A stretch of 63,648 nucleotides of DNA, filler included, from Octopus bimaculoides (GCF_001194135.2; 8 parts of 8 records of this genome joined end to end with filler, not necessarily neighbours in it); one strand, 5' to 3'; counted from the first letter of the whole stretch, positions 49,318-62,199 are shown. Numbers and translations: made by a program. The notes: a model not told the origin generated them from the sequence alone.

Positions 49318-50144
49318 TTCATTAAATAGACGAGTCTCATTGTTTTGAATTAATCATGCATTATCTTGTAGAATTGAGATTTCAATGATGTGATTATATA
49401 TTTTTAGAATGATATTGTAGAGTAGGTGTAAGAGACATGATCTGGCTGGCTTGAATGTAAAACAAGCAGGATATTTTTGGCAAGATACACTAAACGGTTA
49501 ACAAGAAATCTGATTTTAGGCGATAAAAACAAATACTAAAATAAAAACATTGAAAGTGAAGTGTATGAATTGTCACCATCAAATAATTCATAATAATAAT
49601 AATAATGGTTTCAAATTGTGCCACAAGGGCAGCAATTTTGAGAGAGGGGACGAGTCGATTACATGGAGCCCAGTTTTCAACTGGTACTTATTTTATCGAC
49701 CCCAAACGGATGAGAGGGAAAGTCAGCCTTGGTGGAATTTGAACTCAGAACATAAAGACATTTTTCCCAGCATGCTAACAATTCTGTCAGTTCACTACCT
49801 TAATAATAATAATAATCCTTTCTACTATAAGCACAAGGCCTGGATTTTGTGGGGAGAAGGACAGCCAATCACATCGACCCCAGTACTCAACTGGTACTCA
49901 AATTATTGACACCCAAAAGATGACAGGCAAAGTTGACCTTAGTGGAATTTGAACTCAGAACATAACAGCAGACAAAATACGGCTAAGCATTTCACCCAGC
50001 ATACTAATGATTCTGCCAGCTTACCACCTTCATAATAATAATAATAATAATAATAGTTGATGTTGTAATTATAATTAAAATTACAGAAAATGTACATTGT
50101 TTTCTCCTCCTCCCATTTTCTAATTAAAATGAAAACAGTCTTAC

Positions 50145-50201
50145 TTCTAATTCTTCTTCCTCTTCTTCTTCTTCTTCAGCTTCTGGTTCTTCCTCTGGCT
50201 C
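50145..50201 (-). CDS. 57-nt phase 0-0 coding exon EPEEEPEAEEEEEEEEELE; candidate exon 2 of a cytochrome bc1 hinge subunit (UQCRH/Qcr6-like) gene
   Basis: Acceptor tatacttcgtttcag and donor GAA|gtaagac. In frame with the exon at 52861-52893. The identity is inferred only from the acidic N-terminus. Confidence 0.6.
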
Positions 50202-51071
50202 CTGAAACGAAGTATATACATACATATTATACCTACAGTTATATATATACATTTTTACATAAATATTTAAATACAAACAATTCTATACAAATATCAACCC
50301 ATGCCAGCATAGAAAGTGGATGTTAAATGACAATGATGATGATATATCTTTCATATTTTTTTTCCATGCTTCAGTTGTTAGACTGTGGCCATGGTGGAGC
50401 ACTGTCTTTTAACCAGTTGTCAAGCAGTGGTGGAGGAGAGACACAATCCACCCCATTCTACACACTACCACACACACACACACATACAGATGTTCATCCT
50501 GGTGCCAAAACTCACTTGTTTTCAAGCAAAATAATATTTCCCCAAGGCCAGATATGTTTTACATGGAAAATTAAAAATGCATGACATTACTATGATGATA
50601 TCACTCGACTACAATCATTATAGGATGTGAAGGCAAAGAAATGCACATGATAGAAACTGAAAAAAAAAAAAAGCCTATGTACCAAGTCAGTACTATAACG
50701 GAAGACACTGGTGCTTGTACCCTTGGTGGTAACAGTGGTCCTTAACTGGCCCTATTTGGAGGTTTTCCTGTATCAGGAGGACTGCACCATAAATTTGTAC
50801 ACATATTTTGAATACTACTATGTACAGTTTTATCTCATTTTCACCTCCTATCCCTGTCTTCTGCTCAGCTTTTATGCAACACCCCCACCCCTCATACACA
50901 CACACACACAAATTGTAAACTGTCCTTGTAATGTTTCCATCATCTAATGCTCCTTTGGCAAATAAAAGAAATCATTATCATTCTTGTTGTTGTTAAGCGT
51001 CGGTTTGTTTTTCTAGTAATCCTTCTCCTATTAAGATATTTTATAGCACAACCAATTTGTAATGTTTATAA

Positions 51072-51140
51072 AAGTGTGGCAATATGATTATTGTAAGTGT
51101 GGCAATATGATTATTGTAAGTGTGGCAATATGATTATTAT
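51072..51140. repeat. Three tandem copies of the 23-nt unit aagtgtggcaatatgattattgt
   Basis: Directly visible; the third copy has one mismatch. Confidence 0.9.
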
Positions 51141-51460
51141 ATTATTGCTGCTATTAAAAATGTTCAATCTTTTAATACATGGAAATGAAAATAACTTACG
51201 AGTTATCAAACAGTTTATTTAATTTTAATAAGTGTCTTTGTTAAGCATTTACATATTCGTTCCGCTTACTCAGGATACCCAAGTCTATTTTTGTATTTTC
51301 CTGGATTGTTTTCGTTTCATAATTAGTTCTGCAGATATATATATACCTAAACTCAAAGTTAGCCGGAGATTTTTATAATACAACACACAGGTTAGTTTTG
51401 AGTTTATGTAGATTGAATTATTTGGCCGAACTGTTAAACGTTTTCTTTTGCATGTAGAGA

Positions 51461-51572
51461 ACGGAAGTGCTTGATAAAGAAATCAGTTATCTTTTCAGTA
51501 TTATCTTCGATACTGAGGTAGATGACAATGAATGAATGGGACCCGTATTCGCCAATACTGCCCCACTTCCGG
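51461..51572. promoter_or_regulatory. Paired ETS/GABP-type motifs; possible second promoter
   Basis: ACGGAAGTG at 51461-69 and CACTTCCGG at 51564-72 in repeat-free sequence. Minus-strand donor TGA|gtaagc at 51270/51269. Confidence 0.3.
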
Positions 51573-52423
51573 TAAACGAATAAACAAAAAAACAAATAAG
51601 GTTTGCAAAATTATATGTTCGTTATCTGTAAGGAACTGATCTCTAGTGTCGCTCGACCTGCTAGAAATAGCAGTCAAACCTCTCTCTAATCACATTCCAC
51701 GTTGTTCTAGATTAAATTTTAAAAATACTGAGGTCACGGCTGGAATGCCTTTGACCACAGCTTTGCTCAATCAAGCATGGAGCTTATACTAAACAACCTT
51801 TGAGTTTACAGTAAACACCTGTACTAACTAGATTTCGTTTAGTAAAGAAAAGAAAATTACTATTTTATAAAATGACATTTAATAATATTTATTTCTGTTG
51901 TGAAACAGATAAGGCTAGATTTACTTAAAAAAAAATATTCGAGGAGTTTATGAACTACCTTTGAAAGAAAGAAAAAGGACACTGCTTTCGATATACGGTG
52001 AAATAATGAAAGAAAATACCATAAACAAATCAAAGAGATATTTTGGAAGAAATATAGAAAGCATATAGTTAAATAAATATTTAGAAATGTTTAAAGTAAA
52101 GTAGAGAAATAAGGTAAAATTTCAAAGTTATAAGATTATTTAAGACAAGTGTTTGATCAAGGTCAGAATGTCATCGACTGTAAAGAGTCTATTTTGATAC
52201 CAATTATTGGAAATGTGTTTAGAAAATAAAATTATAAATTAACGACAAATTTTAGTAATTTTCAAATAACAATACCTTTATTGTGTATTTTAATACTATT
52301 ATATGAACAGGAGAGATTTATAACAATGCGAGCGAGACTTTATTATCTGATAGACTATTGTTTAAATAGTTTGTGGAATGATGAGGATTGTGGCGATTCA
52401 TATAAACACCAAATAAATATACA

Positions 52424-52456
<33 letters not shown>

Positions 52457-52860
52457 CTAATGTGAACATTTAAACACAAAAACATCGAATAACTATATAT
52501 TTTCAAGAAATATGAGAGAATTCAATGTCTATATTTTATTAAATAAAGAAGGGAAAAGAGTTAAATGGGAGTGGGTGTCCTCAGATGAGAAAATAAAAAA
52601 AGAACGATTTTTTTTCTCGTATGATATTGTTTACTCGGTATTTATTTCGTTTTAAGATTGTAAACATTGTTATATAGTGAGGCAAACGTAGTTAATATGA
52701 TATATTAATGTCTGATTACCTTAAAACGAACAAATAAACAAGCTTTCGAAAGAAGATTAGGTAGGACTATAAGCTTAGTGGCTGAAAATACATTTTATGA
52801 TTTTTACCATGTACATAATAATACAAAAGAGATGTATTGGAAATGTGTTATTTTACTTAC

Positions 52861-52893
52861 ATCTGAAGCATGAATTGTGTCTAGAACTTTCAT
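52861..52893 (-). CDS. First coding exon MKVLDTIHASD (phase 0) of the same UQCRH/Qcr6-like gene
   Basis: aaccATGA start context and strong donor GAT|gtaagt, in repeat-free sequence. Joins the 50145-50201 exon in frame. Confidence 0.55.
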
Positions 52894-52974
52894 GGTTAGT
52901 TCCTTTTCTTTGAGAAATAAAGTATTTCAAGAAGACAGCCAAATCGTTCGACCTTGGAAGGCGAAGAAACAACA

Positions 52975-52982
52975 CCGGAAGT
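52975..52982. promoter_or_regulatory. ETS/GABP-type motif CCGGAAGT at the probable TSS region
   Basis: Exact consensus match about 80 nt upstream of the minus-strand ATG at 52893. Confidence 0.4.
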
Positions 52983-54010
52983 TTAAGGGAGGTAATTACG
53001 CACAAACTTCTGTGATTTGGTTCAGCATCGAATTTTTTTTTATTTAGTTTTTCTTTCTTATTTTCACTGTTTTTATCTTTGTGTTTAGTTCTTCTCCAAT
53101 ATTTCTTAATTATTATGCTTAAAAAATTAAAAAATAAACGTTCTTTCCGTTTTTGTATTTTGAACATCTGTGATTCAGAAGAAGACAAAATAAAGCTTAA
53201 TTTTAATTATATCTTTTTAAGTCTAATTTCGTTTATTTTTGTGGGGGAACGGGAGAGAAAATCAGAAACTGACTGGAGTTAGGTATTTATAATTGCAGTA
53301 TTTTCTTCATCTCACCCACACACACATGTATGTAGATAGACAGATAGAAATGCTGCCAAATGTGTAAGAAGTTCTCTTCCTAACCATGAAGTCTTGGGTT
53401 CGATCATAGTGAGCAGTATGGTGAGTATATGTCATTTTATATAGCTTTGGCCTGATTCATACCTTGTGAAAGAAACTGAGTTGGTGAAAATTGTACAGAA
53501 GCCCCTCGGATGAATTTTACCTGTATTTCAAAAAAGTGCAGCCTTGTCACACGTTGTATTACGCTTGTTCTGCCTGATAATTAATTTAAGGTTATACGGA
53601 TTTATGGAATATTCAGCCACTTATACTTTAATTCAAGAGTAGATAATTCAGATGATCGTACAACTAAATCCTCAACGTTGAACGACGGAGATCCATCATA
53701 TTATATTTTGCTTGTATTTGATGTGAATAAATATATTCTATTTTTCACTTGAAAGCCTACGAAAAGCAAATTAGATATAAATTTCAAGTATTCACGTCCA
53801 AATCCACAAAATGCTCACCAATCAGCTGTAAAATGCAGATGTTATAAAACGTGTTGTTAATATAGGTGATGTTGTTTTACCCCAGGTCGGTATCAGGCCC
53901 ATGCTAGACTTTGGTGCCTGAGGTAGCTTCAGAATATTCTGGGTGGACAGTAATTTGTTATAATTCTAAAGTGGAGTTTCGAAATAAATGAATTACTGTA
54001 AATGTGAGAG

Positions 54011-54270
54011 TGGTGGAGGCACGTGGCCTAGTGGTTAGGGTGTCAACACCATGATCGTAAGATTGTGGTTTCGATTCCTGGACCGGGCGACGCGTTGTGT
54101 TCTTGAGCAAAACACTTCATTTCACGTTGCTCCAGTCCACTCAGCTGGCAAAAATGAGTAACGCTGCGATGGACTGGCGTCCCGTCCAGCTGGGGAACAC
54201 ATACGCCATTGAAACCGGGAAACCGGGCCCATGAGCCTGGCTAGGCTTCAAAAGGGCGCATTTATTTATT
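54011..54270 (+). mobile_element. Intact tRNA-derived SINE (body type 2, tail type 1)
   Basis: 12-bp TSD taaatgtgagag (53999-54010, 54271-54282), A/B-box-like motifs and a (TTTA)n tail. Confidence 0.85.
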
Positions 54271-54725
54271 TAAATGTGAGAGCACACCATTGAATAATGA
54301 TGGGGCATTGCCGTCTAGTGCATCCCCTTAGCGACAGGCATGGTCGATACAGACAGTGCTATGATAAAAAGCTTTCAAACTCTGACCTTCGAACCTTATT
54401 TTCAGGTAGTGGATATAGGACCACGGTATTCATTAGTGAGTCCTTGTTATAAGACATTAGGGTAGGATTTTGAATATAGATGGCTGCTATTTCTAACAGA
54501 TCGGTTGACCGCAAGCAGATTCCTTTAACACAAAGCCTTTGTCACAGCAAACGCCACAAACTGGTGACGGCCAACAAATAAAGAACATCTTCGCAGCTAA
54601 CCCAAATAACAGACGATGTTGGTGAATGCCCCTTAAACCATTAATTCTTTTTAATTTTGACCCAAGGCCAGCAATTTCGAGAGGAAGGGGCAAGTCGATT
54701 AGATCGACCGCAGCACTTGTATGGT

Positions 54726-55026
54726 GAAGGCGCGTGGCTTAGTGTTTAGGGCATTCGGCCCACGATCGTAAGGTCGTGAGTTCGATTCCCGGCGACGCGT
54801 TGTCCTTGAACAAGACACTTTATTTCACATTGCTTCAGTCCACTCCGCTGGCAAAAATGATTAGTTAGTACCTGTATTTCAAAGGGCCGGCTTTGTCATG
54901 CTATGTGTCACGCTAGTTCTCCCTGTGGAGTACTCAGTCACTTGCACGTTAATTTCATGAGCAAGCTGTTTCGTTGATCGTATCAGCTGGGACCCTCGTC
55001 GTCGTAACCGACGGAGTGCTCCTTAA
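54726..55026 (+). mobile_element. tRNA-derived SINE (body type 2, tail type 2) inserted in an (ATT)-family SINE
   Basis: 11-bp TSD acttgtatggt (54715-25, 55027-37) and B-box gagttcgattccc. Confidence 0.8.
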
Positions 55027-55372
55027 ACTTGTATGGTAATTTATGTTAGACTCTGAAAGGATGAAAAGTTGACTTCGGTGGGATTTAGAGTCGGAACGTA
55101 TGGATCCAGAAGAAATGCCGTTAGGCGTTATTGTCCGACGCACTAATGATTCCGCCACCTCAAGACATTGATATCTTTTTTAATATTTTCCACATCATAT
55201 GTGTGGCAAGCTGGCAGAATCGTTAGCACGCTGGGCAAAATGTTTAACGTCATTTTGGCCCGTCCTTCGTTCNNNNNNNNNNNNNNNNNNNNNNNNNNNN
55301 NNNNNNNNNNNNNNNNTTAATTAATTAANNNNNNNNNNNNNNNNNNNNNNNNNNNNNNNNNNNNNNNNNNNN

Positions 55373-55830
55373 ATGTAATGACTAAGAAATAAACAATAAA
55401 ATAAGAACTGAAAAATATTAAAGAATATTAAAACTGATAAGAATAAAAATAAAAATAAAAATAAGAGATAAAATGTAAAAAATTAAAAACCTCAATATGA
55501 AAAAAATATAAAGGATAATGATAAATTGGTCAAAATATAACCGATAAAACATAAAACATAAGACATAAGAAATACAAAGAAATTAACAATAAAAGGTTAT
55601 AAAATAAATGTAAAAGTATAAAGTGAAGTATATATATAAACAAAATATATATATAATAAAATATATGAAAATAACGTGAAAATAGAAATAAAAAAGTATA
55701 AAAATAAAAATAAAAAAGTATAAAAATAAAAATAAAAATAAATATAAATAAAAATTAAAATTAAAATCAAACTAAAAATAAAAATAAAAATAAAAGGTAA
55801 AAGTAAAAATAAAAGTAAAAAACAACTTAT
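55373..55830. repeat. A-rich low-complexity tract of degenerate (TAAAAA)n
   Basis: Directly visible. Confidence 0.85.
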
Positions 55831-58532
55831 AAGTAGTATAGATAGTATACACACATATATATACCCACATACATACACATACACACAGTGTTATTTCGTG
55901 TTATAACTTCGTATTGCAGTGTCCTTGGATGGTTTCGAGTCAGTGACTGAAGCTAGAACTATAACCATAGGTTTGGGATTATGGAACCGGTTTATTGAAA
56001 ATATTTGTAAACTAAAAATTAAAAATTAAAAATATGTGTAAACTAGAAATTAAAAATATGTATAAATTAAGTGGTCATAACCTAGTTCTTCGAGGGTAAA
56101 CCAAAATACTGATGTATGTAGTAAGGTTAGGGGTGGAGTACGGGCTATGTTATTTAGGTGTCTGGGTTGTGGTANNNNNNNNNNNNNNNNNNNNNNNNNN
56201 NNNNNNNNNNNNNNNNNNNNNNNNNNNNNNNNNNNNNNNNNNNNNNNNNNNNNNNNNNNNNNNNNNNNNNNNNNNNNNNNNNNNNNNNNNNNNNNNNNNN
56301 NNNNNNNNNNNNNNNNNNNNNNNNNNNNNNNNNNNNNNNNNNNNNNNNNNNNNNNNNNNNNNNNNNNNNNNNNNNNNNNNNNNNNNNNNNNNNNNNNNNN
56401 NNNNNNNNNNNNNNNNNNNNNNNNNNNNNNNNNNNNNNNNNNNNNNNNNNNNNNNNNNNNNNNNNNNNNNNNNNNNNNNNNNNNNNNNNNNNNNNNNNNN
56501 NNNNNNNNNNNNNNNNNNNNNNNNNNNNNNNNNNNNNNNNNNNNNNNNNNNNNNNNNNNNNNNNNNNNNNNNNNNNNNNNNNNNNNNNNNNNNNNNNNNN
56601 NNNNNNNNNNNNNNNNNNNNNNNNNNNNNNNNNNNNNNNNNNNNNNNNNNNNNNNNNNNNNNNNNNNNNNNNNNNNNNNNNNNNNNNNNNNNNNNNNNNN
56701 NNNNNNNNNNNNNNNNNNNNNNNNNNNNNNNNNNNNNNNNNNNNNNNNNNNNNNNNNNNNNNNNNNNNNNNNNNNNNNNNNNNNNNNNNNNNNNNNNNNN
56801 NNNNNNNNNNNNNNNNNNNNNNNNNNNNNNNNNNNNNNNNNNNNNNNNNNNNNNNNNNNNNNNNNNNNNNNNNNNNNNNNNNNNNNNNNNNNNNNNNNNN
56901 NNNNNNNNNNNNNNNNNNNNNNNNNNNNNNNNNNNNNNNNNNNNNNNNNNNNNNNNNNNNNNNNNNNNNNNNNNNNNNNNNNNNNNNNNNNNNNNNNNNN
57001 NNNNNNNNNNNNNNNNNNNNNNNNNNNNNNNNNNNNNNNNNNNNNNNNNNNNNNNNNNNNNNNNNNNNNNNNNNNNNNNNNNNNNNNNNNNNNNNNNNNN
57101 NNNNNNNNNNNNNNNNNNNNNNNNNNNNNTATATATATTGTTGTACTTGGGGATGGTCATATTGCCAGTTTAGCCAATATATATATATATATATATATGT
57201 ATATATTTAGGAAACCACTTGTCCTGCCGGTTTAAACGGTTAAGAAAAAATAAATGGAATGGTCCCGGTAGGAATGATGTTGGTCATAAGTCTGCCTGAT
57301 CAGAGCTGGTCTGAATCTGCTCAACAACAGCAACAACATCAATAACAGTGGTAGATATATAAAGGTGTTTCTTGATAGTTTCTCGTTTTTATCCCTCAAT
57401 CACATTTCACTTCAAAACCTGAATACCGAAATTTTTATGTCTCACCTCCATAATTAAGCGACCGAACGAGGTGGAGAAGGAAGTGAGGCTGTATAAAGCT
57501 GTTGGGGAAGGTAGTAATAGCAGCTAAATACCTTTTTAAGTGGCATGCCTTGTGGTGTGTAAAAATTTAAGAAAATAATAAAGTAAGAAAGATGAAATTC
57601 CATCATGTCCATCAGGTTGTTTATACTCTCTCTGCCATGTCTCAATAAAATAATAATAATAATAATAATAATTAATTCGCTTCATTGGCCACAAGGGCTA
57701 ATATCAATTAAAAACATATAAGGACAAAGACAGGACGAAGGTTACAAAAGGTTTTGTCCGAAAAGGTAGGAAAGTTCGTCTAAACAGGAAGAAAACGGAG
57801 AAAGATATCTCTTTTACTCTTTTACTTGTTTCAGTCATTTGACTGCGGCCATGCTGGAGCACCGCCTTTAGTCGAGCAAATCGACCCCAGGACTTATTCT
57901 TTGGAAGCCTAGTACTTATTCTATCGGTCTCTTTTTGCCGAACCGCTAAGTTACGGAGACGCAAACACACCAGCATCGGTTGTCAAGCGATGTTGGGGAG
58001 ACAAACACAGACACACAAACACATACACACGCATACATATATANNNNNNNNNNNNNNNNNNNNNNNNNNNNNNNNNNNNNNNNNNNNNNNNNNNNNNNNN
58101 NNNNNNNNNNNNNNNNNNNNNNNNNNNNNNNNNNNNNNNNNNNNNNNNNNNNNNNNNNNNNNNNNNNNNNNNNNNNNNNNNNNNNNNNNNNNNNNNNNNN
58201 NNNNNNNNNNNNNNNNNNNNNNNNNNNNNNNNNNNNNNNNNNNNNNNNNNNNNNNNNNNNNNNNNNNNNNNNNNNNNNNNNNNNNNNNNNNNNNNNNNNN
58301 NNNNNNNNNNNNNNNNNNNNNNNNNNNNNNNNNNNNNNNNNNNNNNNNNNNNNNNNNNNNNNNNNNNNNNNNNNNNNNNNNNNNNNNNNNNNNNNNNNNN
58401 NNNNNNNNNNNNNNNNNNNNNNNNNNNNNNNNNNNNNNNNNNNNNNNNNNNNNNNNNNNNNNNNNNNNNNNNNNNNNNNNNNNNNNNNNNNNNNNNNNNN
58501 NNNNNNNNNNNNNNNNNNNNNNNNNNNNNNNN

Positions 58533-58586
<54 letters not shown>

Positions 58587-58730
58587 TTCTGCTCAAGGTA
58601 CAAGGCCCGAAATTTTGGGGGAGGGAGGCATGTCGATTAAATCGATCCCAGTACACAACTGGTACTTAATTTATCGACCCCCGAAAGGATGAAAGGCAAA
58701 GCCGACCTCGGCGGAATTTGAACTCAGAAC

Positions 58731-58779
<49 letters not shown>

Positions 58780-59068
58780 CAACAACAGCAATGATAAGAG
58801 GGCCGGACAACGATGAAGACGATGACAACAACAACAACAACAACAGTAACGAAGCGACAACAATAAAAACGAACGTTTTATGAATGCTGGGCCATCGAGG
58901 TAGCAACAAAATAACCACAAATCAACGGTTCTTAGATATGTAAATACACACAGGCGCGCGCGCACGCACAGCACCCACCCCCCACCACATATGTAGACGC
59001 ACAAAACATATGCATGTGTCTCTATGAGTATGTGTTTCTATCTATCTATCTACCTATCTATCTGTCTA

Positions 59069-59108
<40 letters not shown>

Positions 59109-59162
59109 CCTATCATAAGCATACATCTGTGTATATTATACATACAGATATATATACGAACA

Positions 59163-59214
<52 letters not shown>

Positions 59215-61973
59215 CATACATATATACATACATACATACCATCATGCATACACACACACATGCGTGTGCGCACGCACGCGCACACACACAGAGAGTACGT
59301 TGAAATACAGCTTTGTTCATTTATCGGGGACAATAAATATATACATTGTATGAGAAAGGTGTGCGAGTGTGTGAAGGGGGTGAAAGTATACGTATGCACG
59401 GGGAGGGGGTGTGTGTGTGAATTGAAAGGGTATGTGTGTGTAGGTGTGTGTGTGAGAGAGAGAATGTGTGGGTGTGTTTGTATGTGCGCGCGCACGTAAA
59501 TTGCTTAAGGACAGGTAAACAAAAAAACTGAAATTAACCAATGGTAAAGTGAAATTTAATCATACCTGTCTCTTCAAAAGCAAGATTTTATTTCTACCTG
59601 TCCATTTGCAGATTTGCGGTGAACGACCTCCACTTTGCTACTGTAACAAACCGACCACGGGATCAAATTACATTAAACCCCACCTGTGTTACTACTGTGA
59701 TTGTTATTACAATTAAACTAATTATTCCTCGAGTTTCTGCTAAAAAAAAAAAAGCTCATTAGCGTTACTATTATAATTACTATTAATTTTATTATCATTT
59801 GGTTCACGGAAGGAAGTACTCATGGCAAAGGTAAGGCGATTTCTGTTTTTTTTGCATTTTTATTCTTTTATTCTTTTACTTGTTTCTGTCATTTGACTGC
59901 GGCCATGCTGGAGCACCGCCTTAAGGGGTCTTTTTAGTCTCAGAAATGGACCCCCAGCACTTTGCCTTATTCTTTGTAAGCTTAATACTTATTCTATACT
60001 TATTCGGTCTTTTGCCGAACCGCTAGATTACAGGGACGTAAACACAACAGCATCGGTTGTCAAGTGGTGATGCGGGGAAAAACACAGACACAAAGGCACA
60101 CATTCACATACACACAATATATAAAACCCTTGATTCAATAACACTGTGTACAAACTCTATACTTGGAATGACCAATTTTAAAGACTATTGGATTTTACTC
60201 AGAAGGTATTAGAATCTTATATGTATACCATTCTGTCTAAATAATGGATTTACAAATACAANNNNNNNNNNNNNNNNNNNNNNNNNNNNNNNNNNNNNNN
60301 NNNNNTTAATTAATTAANNNNNNNNNNNNNNNNNNNNNNNNNNNNNNNNNNNNNNNNNNNNTTTCACAATTGATCAATTATGATTGGTTTTTCAGGTCTC
60401 TCCAGAGAATGTAACATAACATTACTACAACTAATTTACACACAGCTATTGGTCGTGGTATTCTCTCCTTAGCATCAATTTAAACACTTTATACGAACCG
60501 TTAAATTAGAGTGAAAGAAAATTTAACTTATGATCATACAATTTAGATTTAAGACTCCCCTTTCTGCTACACAATTGCCTTACAGAAAAACGGGACAATG
60601 AATATAAGCGTTGATAATATGTAAAGTGATATGGTTGCTCAGATGTGAGTGAGTTCTAGAGGGACAAAAAGGGAACCACATGTAAGATGTGTAAGGAATG
60701 GAAGAACAGGTCTGATATAGATATTGAAATGAGGATAATCCATAGCCGTGGTTTTAATTGAGGGTTCGGTGCAGAGTACATAGAAGAGCGCGGAATACGA
60801 CAGGAGGCCAAAAGCACAAAAGAGTACAACAGCTGAAATGTTCTAACTGTAAGAACCAAGATGACGGCACAGATACTAGAGGCGTAAAATTTATATGCTG
60901 CACAAAGATGCATCACTGATATGGCTCNNNNNNNNNNNNNNNNNNNNNNNNNNNNNNNNNNNNNNNNNNNNNNNNNNNNNNNNNNNNNNNNNNNNNNNNN
61001 NNNNNNNNNNNNNNNNNNNNNNNNNNNNNNNNNNNNNNNNNNNNNNNNNNNNNNNNNNNNNNNNNNNNNNNNNNNNNNNNNNNNNNNNNNNNNNNNNNNN
61101 NNNNNNNNNNNNNNNNNNNNNNNNNNNNNNNNNNNNNNNNNNNNNNNNNNNNNNNNNNNNNNNNNNNNNNNNNNNNNNNNNNNNNNNNNNNNNNNNNNNN
61201 NNNNNNNNNNNNNNNNNNNNNNNNNNNNNNNNNNNNNNNNNNNNNNNNNNNNNNNNNNNNNNNNNNNNNNNNNNNNNNNNNNNNNNNNNNNNNNNNNNNN
61301 NNNNNNNNNNNNNNNNNNNNNNNNNNNNNNNNNNNNNNNNNNNNNNNNNNNNNNNNNNNNNNNNNNNNNNNNNNNNNNNNNNNNNNNNNNNNNNNNNNNN
61401 NNNNNNNNNNNNNNNNNNNNNNNNNNNNNNNNNNNNNNNNNNNNNNNNNNNNNNNNNNNNNNNNNNNNNNNNNNNNNNNNNNNNNNNNNNNNNNNNNNNN
61501 NNNNNNNNNNNNNNNNNNNNNNNNNNNNNNNNNNNNNNNNNNNNNNNNNNNNNNNNNNNNNNNNNNNNNNNNNNNNNNNNNNNNNNNNNNNNNNNNNNNN
61601 NNNNNNNNNNNNNNNNNNNNNNNNNNNNNNNNNNNNNNNNNNNNNNNNNNNNNNNNNNNNNNNNNNNNNNNNNNNNNNNNNNNNNNNNNNNNNNNNNNNN
61701 NNNNNNNNNNNNNNNNNNNNNNNNNNNNNNNNNNNNNNNNNNNNNNNNNNNNNNNNNNNNNNNNNNNNNNNNNNNNNNNNNNNNNNNNNNNNNNNNNNNN
61801 NNNNNNNNNNNNNNNNNNNNNNNNNNNNNNNNNNNNNNNNNNNNNNNNNNNNNNNNNNNNNNNNNNNNNNNNNNNNNNNNNNNNNNNNNNNNNNNAAAAC
61901 TACAAATAGTGAAATAACTGAACACACTTATGTAACATTAGAACAACGACAATCAGATAAATCATTTTATATA

Positions 61974-61979
61974 TTTATT
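61974..61979 (-). terminator. Polyadenylation signal AATAAA of the serine protease gene
   Basis: About 70 nt downstream of the stop codon at 62050-52. Confidence 0.55.
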
Positions 61980-62049
61980 GTTTAGTTAATACATTGTGGA
62001 GAGCATTTTGCTGACGTTCCTTCGATAACAGACATCATCAAAGTACATC

Positions 62050-62199
62050 TTACAAATGACTGTCGATCCAGTTTCGGAAATATCCGACAGCAGAGAAAGC
62101 ACTGACTTTTGTATCACAATTATGTCCAAAGGATGTGACACCTGCCAAGACCATTTTACCCTTTGAGCCTCGACAATAGAGTGGACCACCAGAGTCACC
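62050..62199 (-). CDS. Last coding exon of a chymotrypsin-family (peptidase S1) serine protease: GDSGGPLYCRGSKGKMVLAGVTSFGHNCDTKVSAFSAVGYFRNWIDSHL*
   Basis: Acceptor tgtaattttgcag, phase 0. Catalytic-serine motif GDSGGP, G(V/I)xS(F/W)G, Cys and a C-terminal ..WI.. helix. Stop codon followed by a polyA signal. Confidence 0.9.
   Translation of the reverse strand, partial: GDSGGPLYCRGSKGKMVLAGVTSFGHNCDTKVSAFSAVGYFRNWIDSHL

Noticed and set aside
60656-60927. Hydrophobic minus-strand ORF next to a gap as a GPCR or protease exon
   Set aside because: No family motif and no ATG or splice support.
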